Shown here piece by piece: positions 12,590-25,050 of a stretch of DNA of 64,000 nt. Position 1 is the stretch's first letter. Every line of letters begins with the position of its first letter. The DNA is from Hormiphora californensis. Lineage: Eukaryota > Animalia > Ctenophora. Position numbers and translations under genes: made by a program. The stretch is from contig CM035356.1 in the NCBI GenBank assembly GCA_020137815.1, forward strand, positions 5,518,001-5,582,000. The letters run 5' to 3'. Below the pieces are notes generated by a model. It saw nothing but the letters and a program-made list of their open reading frames with translations. It was not told the DNA's origin and made no database searches.

Positions 12590-14143
12590 GGTGGACCAAC
12601 CTGGATGTGTGAGAAACAATTTCACTTTTGGATTAACTATAGAATTCTTGTTTTATTTCTTATTTTATTTCTTGTAAAACTATTTAGAAGTCTACTGAAC
12701 ATACTATTGAGCACTATAATAATTGTTGAACGTAACCTGAATGCTCTGTATATATCGTAATTCGTGTTATATTGGCGTGTTAATGTATTTTGTTCTCTCA
12801 ATAACGGATAATAAATTCTAACAATTATACTTTAAATAAAACCTATTTCTTCTTTATATCATGGTCCCACCGTTATGAAAATACCGGGTAACGCTTAGAA
12901 AACGCTTGGAAAATAGATCTCTCGTGTAAACTGTCAGATCAAAAACTTGGGACATGTTCATGTTGAACACACGATTCTAAACCTAACAAGCTAAAGTTTG
13001 GTTACAAAGTCACCCATTTACTCCCACAGGGGCGTCTCGCTCACGCGGAGGGGTAATTTCATTACCAAAGCTAAAGCAGGGTTCAGAAATCGAAGATATG
13101 TATCTGTCTGAGTACCGATCAGTAGTACTGGGTACTACTCAGGTACTCAGGTACTCAGGTATACTCAGATACTAAGCACCCCGATTGTATTGTTCTCGCG
13201 TTCGACCCTGTTTCCCCAAAGTTTTCTCGCGACAATCTGAATTCCCAGATAAAAGCGCTTGAAAAATAAAATGAACCCAAAGGGAAGTCCTCTAACAAGC
13301 ACACTGTGTCCCACACGATTGTAGCAGCAGACAGAAGAGCACATGTGGTCAATTGCATGCAAGATGTTGTGAAACATTTTGAGGAGAGGGGGAGATGGAG
13401 GAGGAGAGAGAGAGGGAGGAGGAGAGATAAAGGGAGGAGGAGAGAGATAAAGGGAGGAGGAGAGATAAAGGGAGGAGGAGAGACTCTATATATTCTCTCT
13501 TATATAGAACGCTAGATCAGAATATAGCTTACAAATTTCTGATCATTATGAGACCACAATAAAATTACCGCACCGTTACAGTTCAGACTCTAAAATTGAA
13601 CTGTCAACAAATTTTTCAGACCACAATGATTTACGATAGAGGCTGAACAAGACTTTAAAGTTTTTTAATTCTCTCTCTCTATCCCTCTCTCTTTCTCTCT
13701 TTTCTCTCTCTTTTTCTATCTCTCCTTTGATACTTGTTTGCAGCTCTATGTCTCAGAATGGTTTTAGCGCATTGTAAATCAATACAACAGCACTGTCGAC
13801 AACAAAAAAGAAACTTCCAGCAGCCTGCCACGTATTCTATAATGCTACTACTACTCCGAGTGCCTGGGCTTGCCAACGGTATTCTGTAATACAGAGACTC
13901 TTATAAGGTTTCTCTAGACGGCAGAAAATCGGATTTGCAATACCGGCAGAGTTGTTAAGCAACAAACTGCTTTCATAAAACGAATACATTCCGACTGATA
14001 AAAGCACTTGAGAAATATAGTCTCAATAACTTCTTACTATAAAACCCTGACATCTTCCTAGGCATATATAATTATTAATGATAGCTAACGGAGATTAGAT
14101 CGAGATTCATAGAAATGCATCCCAGAATGATCAGCATAAGTAT

Positions 14144-14197
<54 letters not shown>

Positions 14198-15278
14198 GAC
14201 ACTAGGTGCCCCACACTCCACAGAGTCGGGGTCGGGCGTGACACTAGGTGCCTCACCCCATAGCGGGGGGGGGGGGGGGGGGGGCGTGGACACTAGTGCC
14301 CCACACTCCACAGAGTCGGGGTCGGCGTGACACTAGGTGCCTCACCCCATAGCGGGGGGGGGGGGGTGACACTATAGGTCCCCCACACCCCACAGAGTCG
14401 GGGGTGACACTAGGTGCCCCACACCCCACAGAGTCGGGGTCGGGGTGACACTAGGTGCCTCACCCCACAGAGTCGGGGTGACACTAGGTGCCTCACCACA
14501 CAGAGTCGGGGGTGACACTAGGTGCCTCACCCCACAGAGTCGGGGGTGACACTAGGTGCCTCACCCCACAGAGTCGGGGTGACACTAGGTGCCTCACCCC
14601 ACAGAGTCGGGGGTGACACTAGGTGCCTCACCACACAGAGTCGGGCGTGACACTAGGTGCCTCACCACACAGAGTCGGGGGTGACACTAGGTGCCCCACA
14701 CTCCACAGATTCGGGGGTGACACTAGGTGCCCCACACTCCACAGAGTCGGGGGTGACACTAGGTGTTCACACTCCACAGAGTCGGGGGTGACACTAGGTG
14801 CCCCACACCCCACAGAGTCGGGGTCGGGGTGACACTAGGTGCCTCACCCCACAGAGTCGGGGTGACACTAGGTGCCTCACCACACAGAGTCGGGGGTGAC
14901 ACTAGGTGCCTCACCCCACAGAGTCGGGGGTGACACTAGGTGCCTCACCCCACAGAGTCGGGGTGACACTAGGTGCCTCACCCCACAGAGTCGGGGGTGA
15001 CACTAGGTGCCTCACCACACAGAGTCGGGCGTGACACTAGGTGCCTCACCACACAGAGTCGGGGGTGACACTAGGTGCCCCACACTCCACAGATTCGGGG
15101 TCGGGGGTGACACTAGGTGCCCCACACTCCACAGAGTCGGGGGTGACACTAGGTGCCCCACACTCCACAGAGTCGGGGGTGACACTAGGTGCCCCACACT
15201 CCACAGAGTCGGGGGTGACACTAGGTGCCTCACCCCACAGAGTCGGGGGTGACACTAGGTGCCCCACACTCCACAGAG
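14144..15278. repeat. G-rich 30-33-bp minisatellite preceded by poly-G
   Basis: About 30 copies of GGGGGTGACACTAGGTGCC(T/CCA)CAC(C/T/A)CCACAGAGTC. Confidence 0.95.
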
Positions 15279-15458
15279 CGTACCACTCCAATGGGCAGTG
15301 TGTGTGTAGCACCGTTTAGAAACTCAATCCATCACATCAAACACTGTCTCCAACCAGCTCTAACATGACAGTAGTACAGTTGTTGTTGTTGTTGTTGTAG
15401 TACAGTAATCAACCGCTCTACTGTTATAATAGAGTCAGCATCTATCCATATATATATA

Positions 15459-17020
15459 CAAGGTGGGCCACGGATTGTTGGTCATGGTTAGCGAGGTGGT
15501 GCGTCAAAACGGTGATAGTTGTGAGAATAAAAATTATGGGAGCACTCTGGATCAATTCCTTGGTAACTTTTTCCATAATTTTTTGTCAAAAATTCGAAAA
15601 TTCATTTTTCATTCCTTCATTCATTTCTCGTTCATTCATGATGTGAGCATCCTAATTTTCCATCATTATGCTATTTTTATTTGGCTTGAATTTATCTTTC
15701 CAATGAGCACCATGAAAATGAAATTGAAGCACCAGGTCACTCAGCAGTTGAGAAAATGTTCATGCATGATTTTGGCTCTTTTTGCGACTTTCAAACAGAT
15801 GTATCACGGCTACCTTTCGTTCAATCTTCTTAAAACTTTGGGAAAACATTGGATAAGCAAAGATCTTTGCTCACAAGAAAAATCAAGGCCAAAGATCAAA
15901 GTTCATTTTTCATTTTTGTTAGTTCATTCCGTTCATTCAGGAACCAACATCTCTAAAGTGATGAAAAGGCTTGGGTTTTGTTTGGCCCATGTCCTGCAAT
16001 GACAGAGAGGTGTAATAGCGTGTTTCCGGGCTAGTTTGTGGGTGTCCATGTGATCATGATGATATCTGACACCTTTTCTGAGCCATAATTAAGGGATTTT
16101 CTCAAATTCAAGCATGTAACTTGGTTTTTCTGCGATTAGTACCGTGCAGCAATGTTATGAGATCTCATAACACCTCAAATGATGATTAGCTCAATGAAAT
16201 GAGTTGATTTATGATTGAAAAGATTAAAACCGATGTCAAATTGAACGAAACGAACAATTACATCATAAATTAACTCATTTCATTGAGCTAATCATCATTT
16301 TTGAGGTGCTATGAGATCTCATAACATTGCTGCACGGTACTAATCGCAGAAAAACCAAGTTACATGCTTGAATTTGAGAAAATCCCTTAATCATGGCTCA
16401 GAAAATGTGTCAGATATCATCATGATCACATGGACACCCACAAACTAGCCCGGAAACACGCTATTACACCTCTCTGTCATTGCAGGACATGGGCCAAACA
16501 AAACCCAAACCTTTTCATCACTTTAGGGATGTTGGTTCCTGAATGAACGGAATGAACTAACAAAAATGAAAAATGAACTTTGATCTTTGGCCTTGATTTT
16601 TCTTGTGAGCAAAGATCTTTGCTTATCCAATGTTTTCCCAAAGTTTTAAGAAGATTGAACGAAAGGTAGCCGTGATACATCTGTTTGAAAGTCGCAAAAA
16701 GAGCCAAAATCATGCATGAACATTTTCTCAACTGCTGAGTGACCTGGTGCTTCAATTTCATTTTCATGGTGCTCATTGGAAAGATAAATTCAAGCCAAAT
16801 AAAAATAGCATAATGATGGAAAATTAGGATGCTCACATCATGAATGAACGAGAAATGAATGAAGGAATGAAAAATGAATTTTCGAATTTTTGACAAAAAA
16901 TTATGGAAAAAGTTACCAAGGAATTGATCCAGAGTGCTCCCATAATTTTTATTCTCACAACTATCACCGTTTTGACGCACCACCTCGCTAACCATGACCA
17001 ACAATCCGTGGCCCACCTTG
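15459..17020. mobile_element. 1.56-kb foldback/palindromic Tc1-mariner-type element
   Basis: TA|CAAGGTGGGCCACGG ... CCGTGGCCCACCTTG|TA; near-identical ~757-bp arms and a ~45-bp spacer. The two mirror 179-aa ORFs differ at only 2 residues. Confidence 0.9.
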
Positions 17021-17350
17021 TAGACAGTATAGATACTCTAGATATAACGTTAGGATAAGAATATCAGAAATACCACTAGCTTGATCACTGCGGCGCGGTG
17101 ACTGCCTGTCAGCTCAGAAAGACATTTGGCATCATACTATTATTCCACCGCCAAAGCATAAATTCAAACTAAAGGCTCCAAACTGGTGTTGCCGGTGTAT
17201 AGTAAAGACAAAGCTATAGGCTACACACAATCAATCCGTTCTTGAAGATGAGGAGTAACATCTCTGAGCTGAATAATCAACACCAAAGCACCCCGATATT
17301 TGAATAAGATGAATATGAAATTGTAGCCCATCGATAGTGAGTGAGTGAGT

Positions 17351-17424
<74 letters not shown>

Positions 17425-17448
17425 AGAGAGAGTGAGGAGAGAGAAGAG

Positions 17449-17503
<55 letters not shown>

Positions 17504-17543
17504 AGGAGGAGAGAAGGCAGAGAGAGAGAGAGAGAAGAGAGAG

Positions 17544-17602
<59 letters not shown>

Positions 17603-17642
17603 ATAATCCAGACCTGAAGATGCCCTGTTATTGCTTGTTATG

Positions 17643-17711
17643 CTGTCTGGCGCCGCGACCCCATCTGAGCACACTGTCGCTCAAATTGGGGTATATGGCG
17701 CCGCCATACAG
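17643..17711. mobile_element. CTGTCTGGCG-family mini hAT MITE; other copies at 35498-35777, 36134-36271, 44281-44348, ~55240-55310, ~58538-58610
   Basis: Ends CTGTCTGGCG...CGCCA(T/G)ACAG. Perfect 8-bp TSDs at 44281-44348 (TTAAAATG) and 36134-36271 (TAGATCAC); 6/8 match here. Confidence 0.7.
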
Positions 17712-18199
17712 TTGTTAAATGTGACTCAACTGTTGAGCCGCAGTCTTGTTATTTGTTGAGTCAACAAATAACAAGACTGCGTCTGGACGGTTCTCATGTG
17801 CTGTCCCCCGTATGAACAATACAACCCCACATAGGTGGCAGCAGCTAGGACCTAGCTGCTAGGTAGTGTTGAAGTAAATGGCTCCAATTCCATTATATGC
17901 AGTGTGTTTACCTTCACCATTCTACTAGTGGCACTGTTCATTTCTCTCTCTTTCTGTTCCTTTCTCTCTCTCTGTTCAATGTAATAGCTTGATTCATTTA
18001 CTTCTCACAGATTGAGTAACACGAGAAGATTTAGTTATACCCTGCAAACTGCTAGCGCTCCCCTATGCAAAAAGCACTGAACTGTAAAAAGCTAGCCAGC
18101 AGCTCTGCCCATCCAGTAAAAGCTGGTCCTCTTTTCCCACGATCATCATGACGTGGTGGGGGCTGATTAAAAAAGTGGCATTTTTATTCAGCATCTGAG

Positions 18200-20452
18200 C
18201 ACACGGTATAGTTGGTATCGACGCGAAGACACCTCACACTCTGTTTTCAGGTCGCCGGGCGACCTTCGCGCGCGCTGGCAAGGGGTAACTTCTATCTACG
18301 GAGTGCCTGGGCTTGCCAACGGCAAGCCCACAGGGGACTATCGCAAAGCGATATCGCCGGCACTAGGAGAATAGCCCCCCTCCCCTCCCCCACCATCAGG
18401 AACTGCCCACAGGACAGGTTCCATTATAGGTGGCTTCGGGTTCGGGAGGATAAACTCCTTCGAGAGTCGCAAGATATTGATTCTTCTTCCCTATGAGTCT
18501 TGGATCTTTGGCTCTCTATCCCTGCGACAGGTGGGGATGAGTTATACTAATCTTTCTCTTGGTTCTTGAGTTTATTTGCTTTCTCGATTAGCTTGATGGC
18601 TACCGTGGTGTGATATATTATCGTTTTGCCTAGATCTTTGTACGAAGTTTTGCCGCTTAGTCTCATTCTCTCCGTTTCCAGGATTTCACATTCACAGATT
18701 AAGTGTTTCGCATTTTCTTCTGTTTTAGAGCATAGACTACATATGTCTGTAATCGATTTTCCAATCTTCTTGAGGTAGTAGTTGAACGGCCCTATATTTG
18801 TGATGAGATGTAGTATGGTTCTATACTTTTTCCTTTGGTTTGCGTACAGTGTCATCTTTTTTGTTAGTGAGTTCCATGTTGATTCATTCGTTACTAGGGT
18901 TCTTGTGTGTTTCCCTCCATTTATTAGAAATTGGTTCATGGTTTTTGTTTTGGCTATTTTCGTCGTAGAATTTTTAATATAGCTGTGTGGGATTGGTATT
19001 TGTCTGGTTTCACTGATTGGTTTGCTGCATCCTTCTTTGGCAAGTTGGTCAGCTATCTCATTACCTTGGATGCCGATATGTGCTTTGACCCATTTTATTT
19101 TCACCGTATTGTTTTGTGCTAGTTGGTTGAGTTCCGCGTTGCATTCCTTAATTGTTAAGGAGTCGGAGGTCAGTTTACTTAGTGCACTTATGCTGGCGGC
19201 TGAATCTGATCTGATGTGGATGTGGTGGTTTCGTGTCCCATTGTTGTTTAGTTCCTCTGCTGCTCTTTTAATTGCTGTTACTTCGGCTTGGAAGACTGTG
19301 CTATAATTTGGTAATCTTTCTGAGATATCGATTTCTTGTGTAAGCACTGTGGATTTTGAGTGTGCTCCTAGCCCCGTTTGGTTAGCTTCGTTTTTCGATC
19401 CATCCGTGTATACTGTTAGTGCATTTTTGTCCTCCTCATCTAGTGTACCTGTTTCCCAGTCTATTGTTGTCTCATAGTATTTCATAAGGGTTTCTTTGGT
19501 TGTTTTGTCTAGTGGGCGTACTGGTAGCTCTAGTTCTTCCCACAACCTGTTGCATGTATGAGCATGGGTGTAGTTGGTTAACATACCTTTTTCTTTAGTC
19601 CATTTCCCATTTGCTTTTAGGCGCCCAGTGGTTTCAGTAGCTGTTTTCTCTACGTGGTGTATTATGTCTGTAGTGTTCGTTATGATGTTTAGGTCAGCCC
19701 CTGCAGTGTTAGGGAAGGCACCGGTTGCTATTCTGAGAGCTAACCTTTGCACCGCTCTCAGTTTCTTGGCATTATGTTGTTTATAAATCGCATTTATCCA
19801 TATTGGTGCTGCGTACGTTATGAGGGGTCTGATGGTTTGTCTGTAGAGCCATATCGCTACTTTGGGGGATAGTCCCCATGTGGGTCCGATGGCGATGTTG
19901 GCTCTCATCAGGTTCCTTTTGGCTTTTTTTGTGATGTTATCAATGTGTTTGTTGAAGTTTAGTCTGTTGTCTATCGTAACTCCAAGGAATTTTGTTGTGG
20001 TGCTTAGTTTTATTTCTGTACCTTCAATGAAGATTGGTTTAAGTGCCCATTTCCTTTTTGTGGTGAACATTATCATAGTAGTTTTTATTGCGCTGAGCGA
20101 AAGGCCTTGGTCTTTACACCAGTTGTTTATGTGGTTGAGAGTTGTTTGCGTTCTGTGTCTTATTATCTCTATATCGTCTCCTTCGGCCAGTGATATGAGG
20201 TCATCTGCAAATGCTTGTAGGTATGCTGGTGTGTCTTTGGCTGTGCTTTGTAGTAGGCTATCTAATACAATATTCCATATTAGTGGCGAGAGAATCCCTC
20301 CTTGAGCTACGCCTCTCTTTATTTGGAAGGTAATGTTCTCATTTTTATGTTCAACGTATAGTGACCTTGTTGTTGTCATATCCATTATCCAGTTTATTGT
20401 CTTTGTGTTTATCCCTTTGTTTATGAGGCCCCGTTGGATTGCTTCGAATGAT
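18200..20452 (-). mobile_element. Non-LTR retrotransposon, RT + RNase H + CCHC (LOA/R1/I group), 5'-truncated; ORF ends at 18547
   Basis: RGVAQGGILSPLIWN, QAFADD, KFLGVTIDNRLNF, WGLSPKVAIWLY; RNase H YTDGSK/FQAEV/SDS/WVKAHIGIQGNEIAD; CSLC..E...H.ICEC. The frame is open from FEAIQ onward. The 3' UTR boundary is approximate. Confidence 0.93.
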
Positions 20453-20483
20453 AGAGAAGGGGTAACTTCGTAACTGATAGAGA

Positions 20484-20825
20484 AGGGGTAACTTCGTAAC
20501 CAAATAGTATAGCATCTACAATCTACATACTGTATACGATAGAAGAACATGGAGGGGATCATTAAGAAGTAAAAAGTATAAAGGCCGTCTTTGATAGTTT
20601 ACTGGACCGAATTTAATTATAGAACAGGATGGACCAACGTTAGTTTTGTAAACTATAATGGCGCTAAGTTGGAGAGATGAGCGAAAGATCAAAGAGAGCA
20701 ATGCAATTATAACTATACTTAACCGTTGAACGGTTTCACTAAAACTAGCTAAGTATCCTTTAGCGCACATTGACCAGACAGCATATAAAATTACCAACAT
20801 CACCCTTGGTTACGAAGTCACCCCT
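20484..20825. mobile_element. Small TIR element abutting the LINE 5' truncation point
   Basis: AGGGGTAACTTCGTAACCAA ... TTGGTTACGAAGTCACCCCT; a related end occurs at ~12998-13068. Confidence 0.55.
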
Positions 20826-21444
20826 GTTATTATTTTGCGGAAGGGGTAATTTCATTACCAACATCACCCATACTTTGATCCTAAACATTTCCACATAACG
20901 AGGACACATGTGTAATGGTTTCAAGAATTATATACACGTGTTATTAAAACTTTATTTAATCACCCTCCCTCTTTGTTTGTATTATATATACATATTATAT
21001 ATTATATGTACTAGAGTGTTAATATTATAGTGCACATATATATCACCTTAATATCATTTACACAGGACCCTATTAACAGGAACGCGGAGCTCTATCCATT
21101 AATGAACTATGATTGAAACTACATGCGACAACTGAGAGTCACAGAGATACAAGCTGCTGTCGCGTCTTTGAAAGATATTCCTGTCAAAATATATTTGCAC
21201 CAGACCGTGACGATAAGTTTTAAAACTTTGTTTATCACATGTCACCTTATAATTTCTCTCTCAGTATCTCCCCCTCTGAAATCTTGGATTTTAAACACCT
21301 CGCATGGCTTGTCAAAAAGCGAGACCGACAGAAAGTATCTAAGGGAGCAGATTGTGGACATGTCTGGTATGTCCCTACCAGGGAGAAGTACCAGTGAGAC
21401 TGCGTCAAAACAGTTCTAGAAATGGAAGCATCAACAAACTACAT

Positions 21445-21528
21445 CTGTCAGGCCAATACTCTGACCACAGTTCTCCCGCGCTTCGCATTTGAAGAAATTA
21501 GAAAAGGGTCAGGCCAATACTCTGACAG
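21445..21528. mobile_element. CTGTCAG nano-element, two-unit form (84 bp)
   Basis: CTGTCAGGCCAATACTCTGACC...GGTCAGGCCAATACTCTGACAG; TSD AACTACAT/AACTAAAT. Confidence 0.7.
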
Positions 21529-22700
21529 AACTAAATACAGATTATAGATCTAGTGCTTCCATTACTCCAGTATGGCAGCGCTCCTTTAGTTAGCCCACCC
21601 CATTACATACATTTACAGTCATATGAACAGCTGGTGAGAATCCTCAAATGTTCTTTTCTTCAGACTCCCCCATGCTAACGTGAATAATAAAGAAGGAAAA
21701 GAAGGGTCAGGTGAAACCATGACTTTATCAAACCGTCGACTGAATGACGTCACAATAAGTGATAAGAATATTACTCTCTTTGCGAATTATCTAAAAATAT
21801 CTTCACTCTTGTTGAGTAACTTTATTCAGCATTGTATTCCCGGTGTCCCGATTTTTTTCACGCCTGGAATTTTCATTTTGGGAGTTCGTTTTGCTGCGGG
21901 AATTTTACTATTTGCTGCAGTCATGGATAGGGATTTTGCCGTCCTAAAATACCCCGGCAGTCCCAGTACCCCTAACATTGGAATATTTCCCTACTGCAGT
22001 CCCTATAAGGTTGGAATATTCCTTGGAATATTCCATCTCTGCAGTGCCTGCTGCAGTGCTGCTGCAGTAGTGGAAATTCCTTGGAATATTCCACTCAGGG
22101 ACTGCAACAGTGACTATAAAGATCTCACCCCTTTGTAAAGCTATGGGGGAAAAAGAGAGCTATGTTAAAGTATGAATCTCTCTTTTCTTCCCCTTCCCTG
22201 CTGCAGTGCTGCAGCGACTGCAGAGATGGAAAATTCCGAGAAAATTCCACTCAGGTACTGCAACAGTGACTATAACGATCTCACCCCTTTGTAAAGCTAT
22301 GGGGAAAAAAGAGATCTTTGTTAAAGTATGAATCTCTCTTTTCTTTCCCCCTCCCCCTTACTCGACTGTTGTCGGTGCATTACGCACAACTGGGGCATGC
22401 CACAACATATTCTATCTCTCTGTTACACACTGTTAACACTGCAGCACTGCAGCACTGCTGTATCTCTGTGTGTAAGTATGGGAAATATCTTCTGCTGCAG
22501 CAGCAGCTGCAGCAGTCCCCAATATTTTTTCATTTTGCTGCAAGGATTTTGTTTTGCTGCAGAATTTTTGCATTTATCTTTCCTTCATATTCCAGAGATC
22601 GGGACACTGGGATTGTATTATGTTTCATTTTCGTTTGCTTTTTCCGTGCATTCCAGCTCGAAGACGGAGAAGGGACACTAGCAGCTCTGAGTTCTCATCG

Positions 22701-24487
22701 ATGGAAACTTTGGATTACCCCCAAACCTCCAGCCTAGAAACGTCCAACCTAGAATCGTCAGAACAACATGATATTCGCTTGGAATACACCACCGAAAGGG
22801 GCTATCTAGTGATAACCAATGTCAACAAAGATCTCCTTTCTGACAATATTCCAGTCCTCAAGCAGTTCATAGATGATGGAGAGACAGAGATAGATCTCAC
22901 AGATTTTTCCAGGGTGGCACTCTTTCTTGAAATGCTCCAGACAGGAGACATGAGTGGGTTAACCAGAGAATCTTTTCGAGATATCAACAAAATTGCATTG
23001 GCACTCCAAGTTAAACGTATGAAAGAAGAGTGCTTTGAGTTCTACTTCTTCATATGTGGGGAATTGCTAATTTCAGAGTCGGATACTGATCTAGATACGG
23101 CCTGGTTCCTGGTTGAGGAGGCGGCATATTTGGTCGATAAGCGACATACTGACCATGTGGAGTATCTGGAGGCCCTGAAACTCCATCTGTCCCTAATGTC
23201 CAGTGTCAACTTGATACGATCTCTAATAGGGAACTATTTAGATCTCCAGGGCATTACAAACCTTCACTGGTCCTACGCAGAAGTACTGAGTTTTGTGTCT
23301 GGAGCGGATGGTATTGAGCTCTTACTTCAAGGTCTAGTTGCGAGCTTGACATCTGACCAATCCAACCGGGACCTAACATTTGCTGAGAAGAGCATCTTGT
23401 GCACGAGGTCACTGGTTATTTGCAGGCAACAAAATGTAAGGATTTATCAGGAACTATTGAATTCTCTTGGTACGGTCCTTTACGACCATAAGTTTGTTTT
23501 TGAACGGTTTGGAAAAGCGGCAACCATCCAAGATTTTCCTGAAGAGTACACAGAAAAAGTGATTTCCAAGTTTTCGTACCTGGTCCGGATTGCACCAGAA
23601 CAGCGGTCAGAGCATTGGCCTGACAGGACCGATCAGACGGTGCATATTTTCCCTATGGTGTTCAGCTTCACCAAGTATAAAACCTACATCGAGCTGGTTC
23701 GAGCTCTGCGTGAGGACAAACGGGCAGATTTGGTTGATTTGTTCATCGATGCAGTGAAATTTTGGAGGATTGTCATTAATACAGATCAAGTAATGGACAC
23801 TGAAACTAAATCACTCCTATGCAGAGAGCTGGCGGCCCGAGGAATGCACAGGACCGTGGACGAGGTTCCAGCCCTGTTCTCTCCATTATGGAGCGAGAGG
23901 AGACGGGGTATCAACCTAGTCAAAATAGCAGATGACTGCAGCTACCCTATTGCTTGCGAGTTCCATGAAGTCCTACCGATGCCCCTGAATGCATCTTGTA
24001 CGAGATACGACGTGTTCTCTTCATCTTGTGCCATTTCAATCGTCATAACTCCTCAGCGTTGTAATTCCAATCAGGTACGTTTAATCAGTAATACTAATAG
24101 TACGCTTAGAATTAATTACTGAAAATTAGTTAATTTCAGTGAAATTAACTAATTCCGATCTTTAGATCTTAGTGCATAAAAAGCCTACGAACTTACACAC
24201 TTTTCATTGCTCGTCAGGGCAGGGGGATGTGGTTCACGGTACAGCGTGATACCTCGAACAAGACAGAAAAAGGATGCCACTTCCATGATTCTCTTCCCAT
24301 TGAGAGTGGCCAATCGACAACACCGACCAACGTACTGAGATTGTACCAAAAGTGTGGTAGCAACAGTGAGGTTGCATTGCCTTTAAGTTGGTGTGACGGA
24401 TTCTTGGGAAGAGGACTGACCAAATTTGAGACATATTTGAAAGCGGTCAACTCAGTGGAGCCGCAGAAGACATACGTTACTCTCTGA
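22701..24487 (+). CDS. Uncharacterised protein with N-terminal BTB/POZ-like segment; exons ~22701-24074 and 24173-24487 (start may lie upstream)
   Basis: Long open ORF 22554-24122. LTRESFRDINKIALALQVKRMKEEC resembles the BTB C-terminal helices. Donor CAG|GTACGT at 24074/5 and acceptor TTAG at 24172 join in frame to ORF 24227-24487. Confidence 0.6.
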
Positions 24488-25050
24488 GCTGATTCGGTGA
24501 TTGACAATAATTTATTTTGTTGTTGAATTTATTGAAATGGTGGAAGAACTTCCGAACTTTCGAAAAACGGGCGCCGTTACGATCCATGGGTGTTTGCTGG
24601 CCTGTTTACAGGTGCACGCTGTCAAAAAGTACTCTGCACGGCTCTAACCGCCAAACCACTCAACCGTTTTGGCTAATCCAAAGTTTATCTGATAGGAAAT
24701 GTCAAGCCCTAACCCGCACCTAAACCTAACCGTACTTTAGCCCTAATCCCAAAAAGCCGTGAGTGCTGACACTCCAAAGTCCAAACACCCAGATTTTAAC
24801 GTTGGCCCACGTGGGCACATCACGTGACATTTTGAGATGAGACTTCATAACCACACGGCGCGGCGGCCGGAACTTTATGCGCCGCGTTCAATGCATTCGA
24901 ATTGTATTTTATCCGCGCGTTACGTCATGACGCGTCACCAGCACAATCCCTCATTGTGATGACTCATTCCAGTCTCTGCTTGCCAGTTCTGTTGAGATTA
25001 GGGAAATCCCAGTTCCCAAGTAACAGTAAGCATTCGAAAACATTGTAATC

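Noticed and set aside
14364-14378. GGTGACACTATAG matches the SP6 promoter core (vector contamination?)
   Set aside because: It is a 2-nt variant of the minisatellite unit GGTGACACTAG, with no other vector sequence.
14144-15278. CRISPR-like regularly spaced ~31-bp repeats
   Set aside because: Units are head-to-tail with no unique spacers, there are no cas genes, and the context is eukaryotic.
15463-17016. Two near-identical 179-aa ORFs on opposite strands (apparent gene duplication)
   Set aside because: Mirror images within palindrome arms; GTG start and no domain motifs.
13150-17340. Scattered hydrophobic exon-like segments on the minus strand (possible decayed membrane-protein gene)
   Set aside because: Stops in all tested frames; no consistent splice model could be built.
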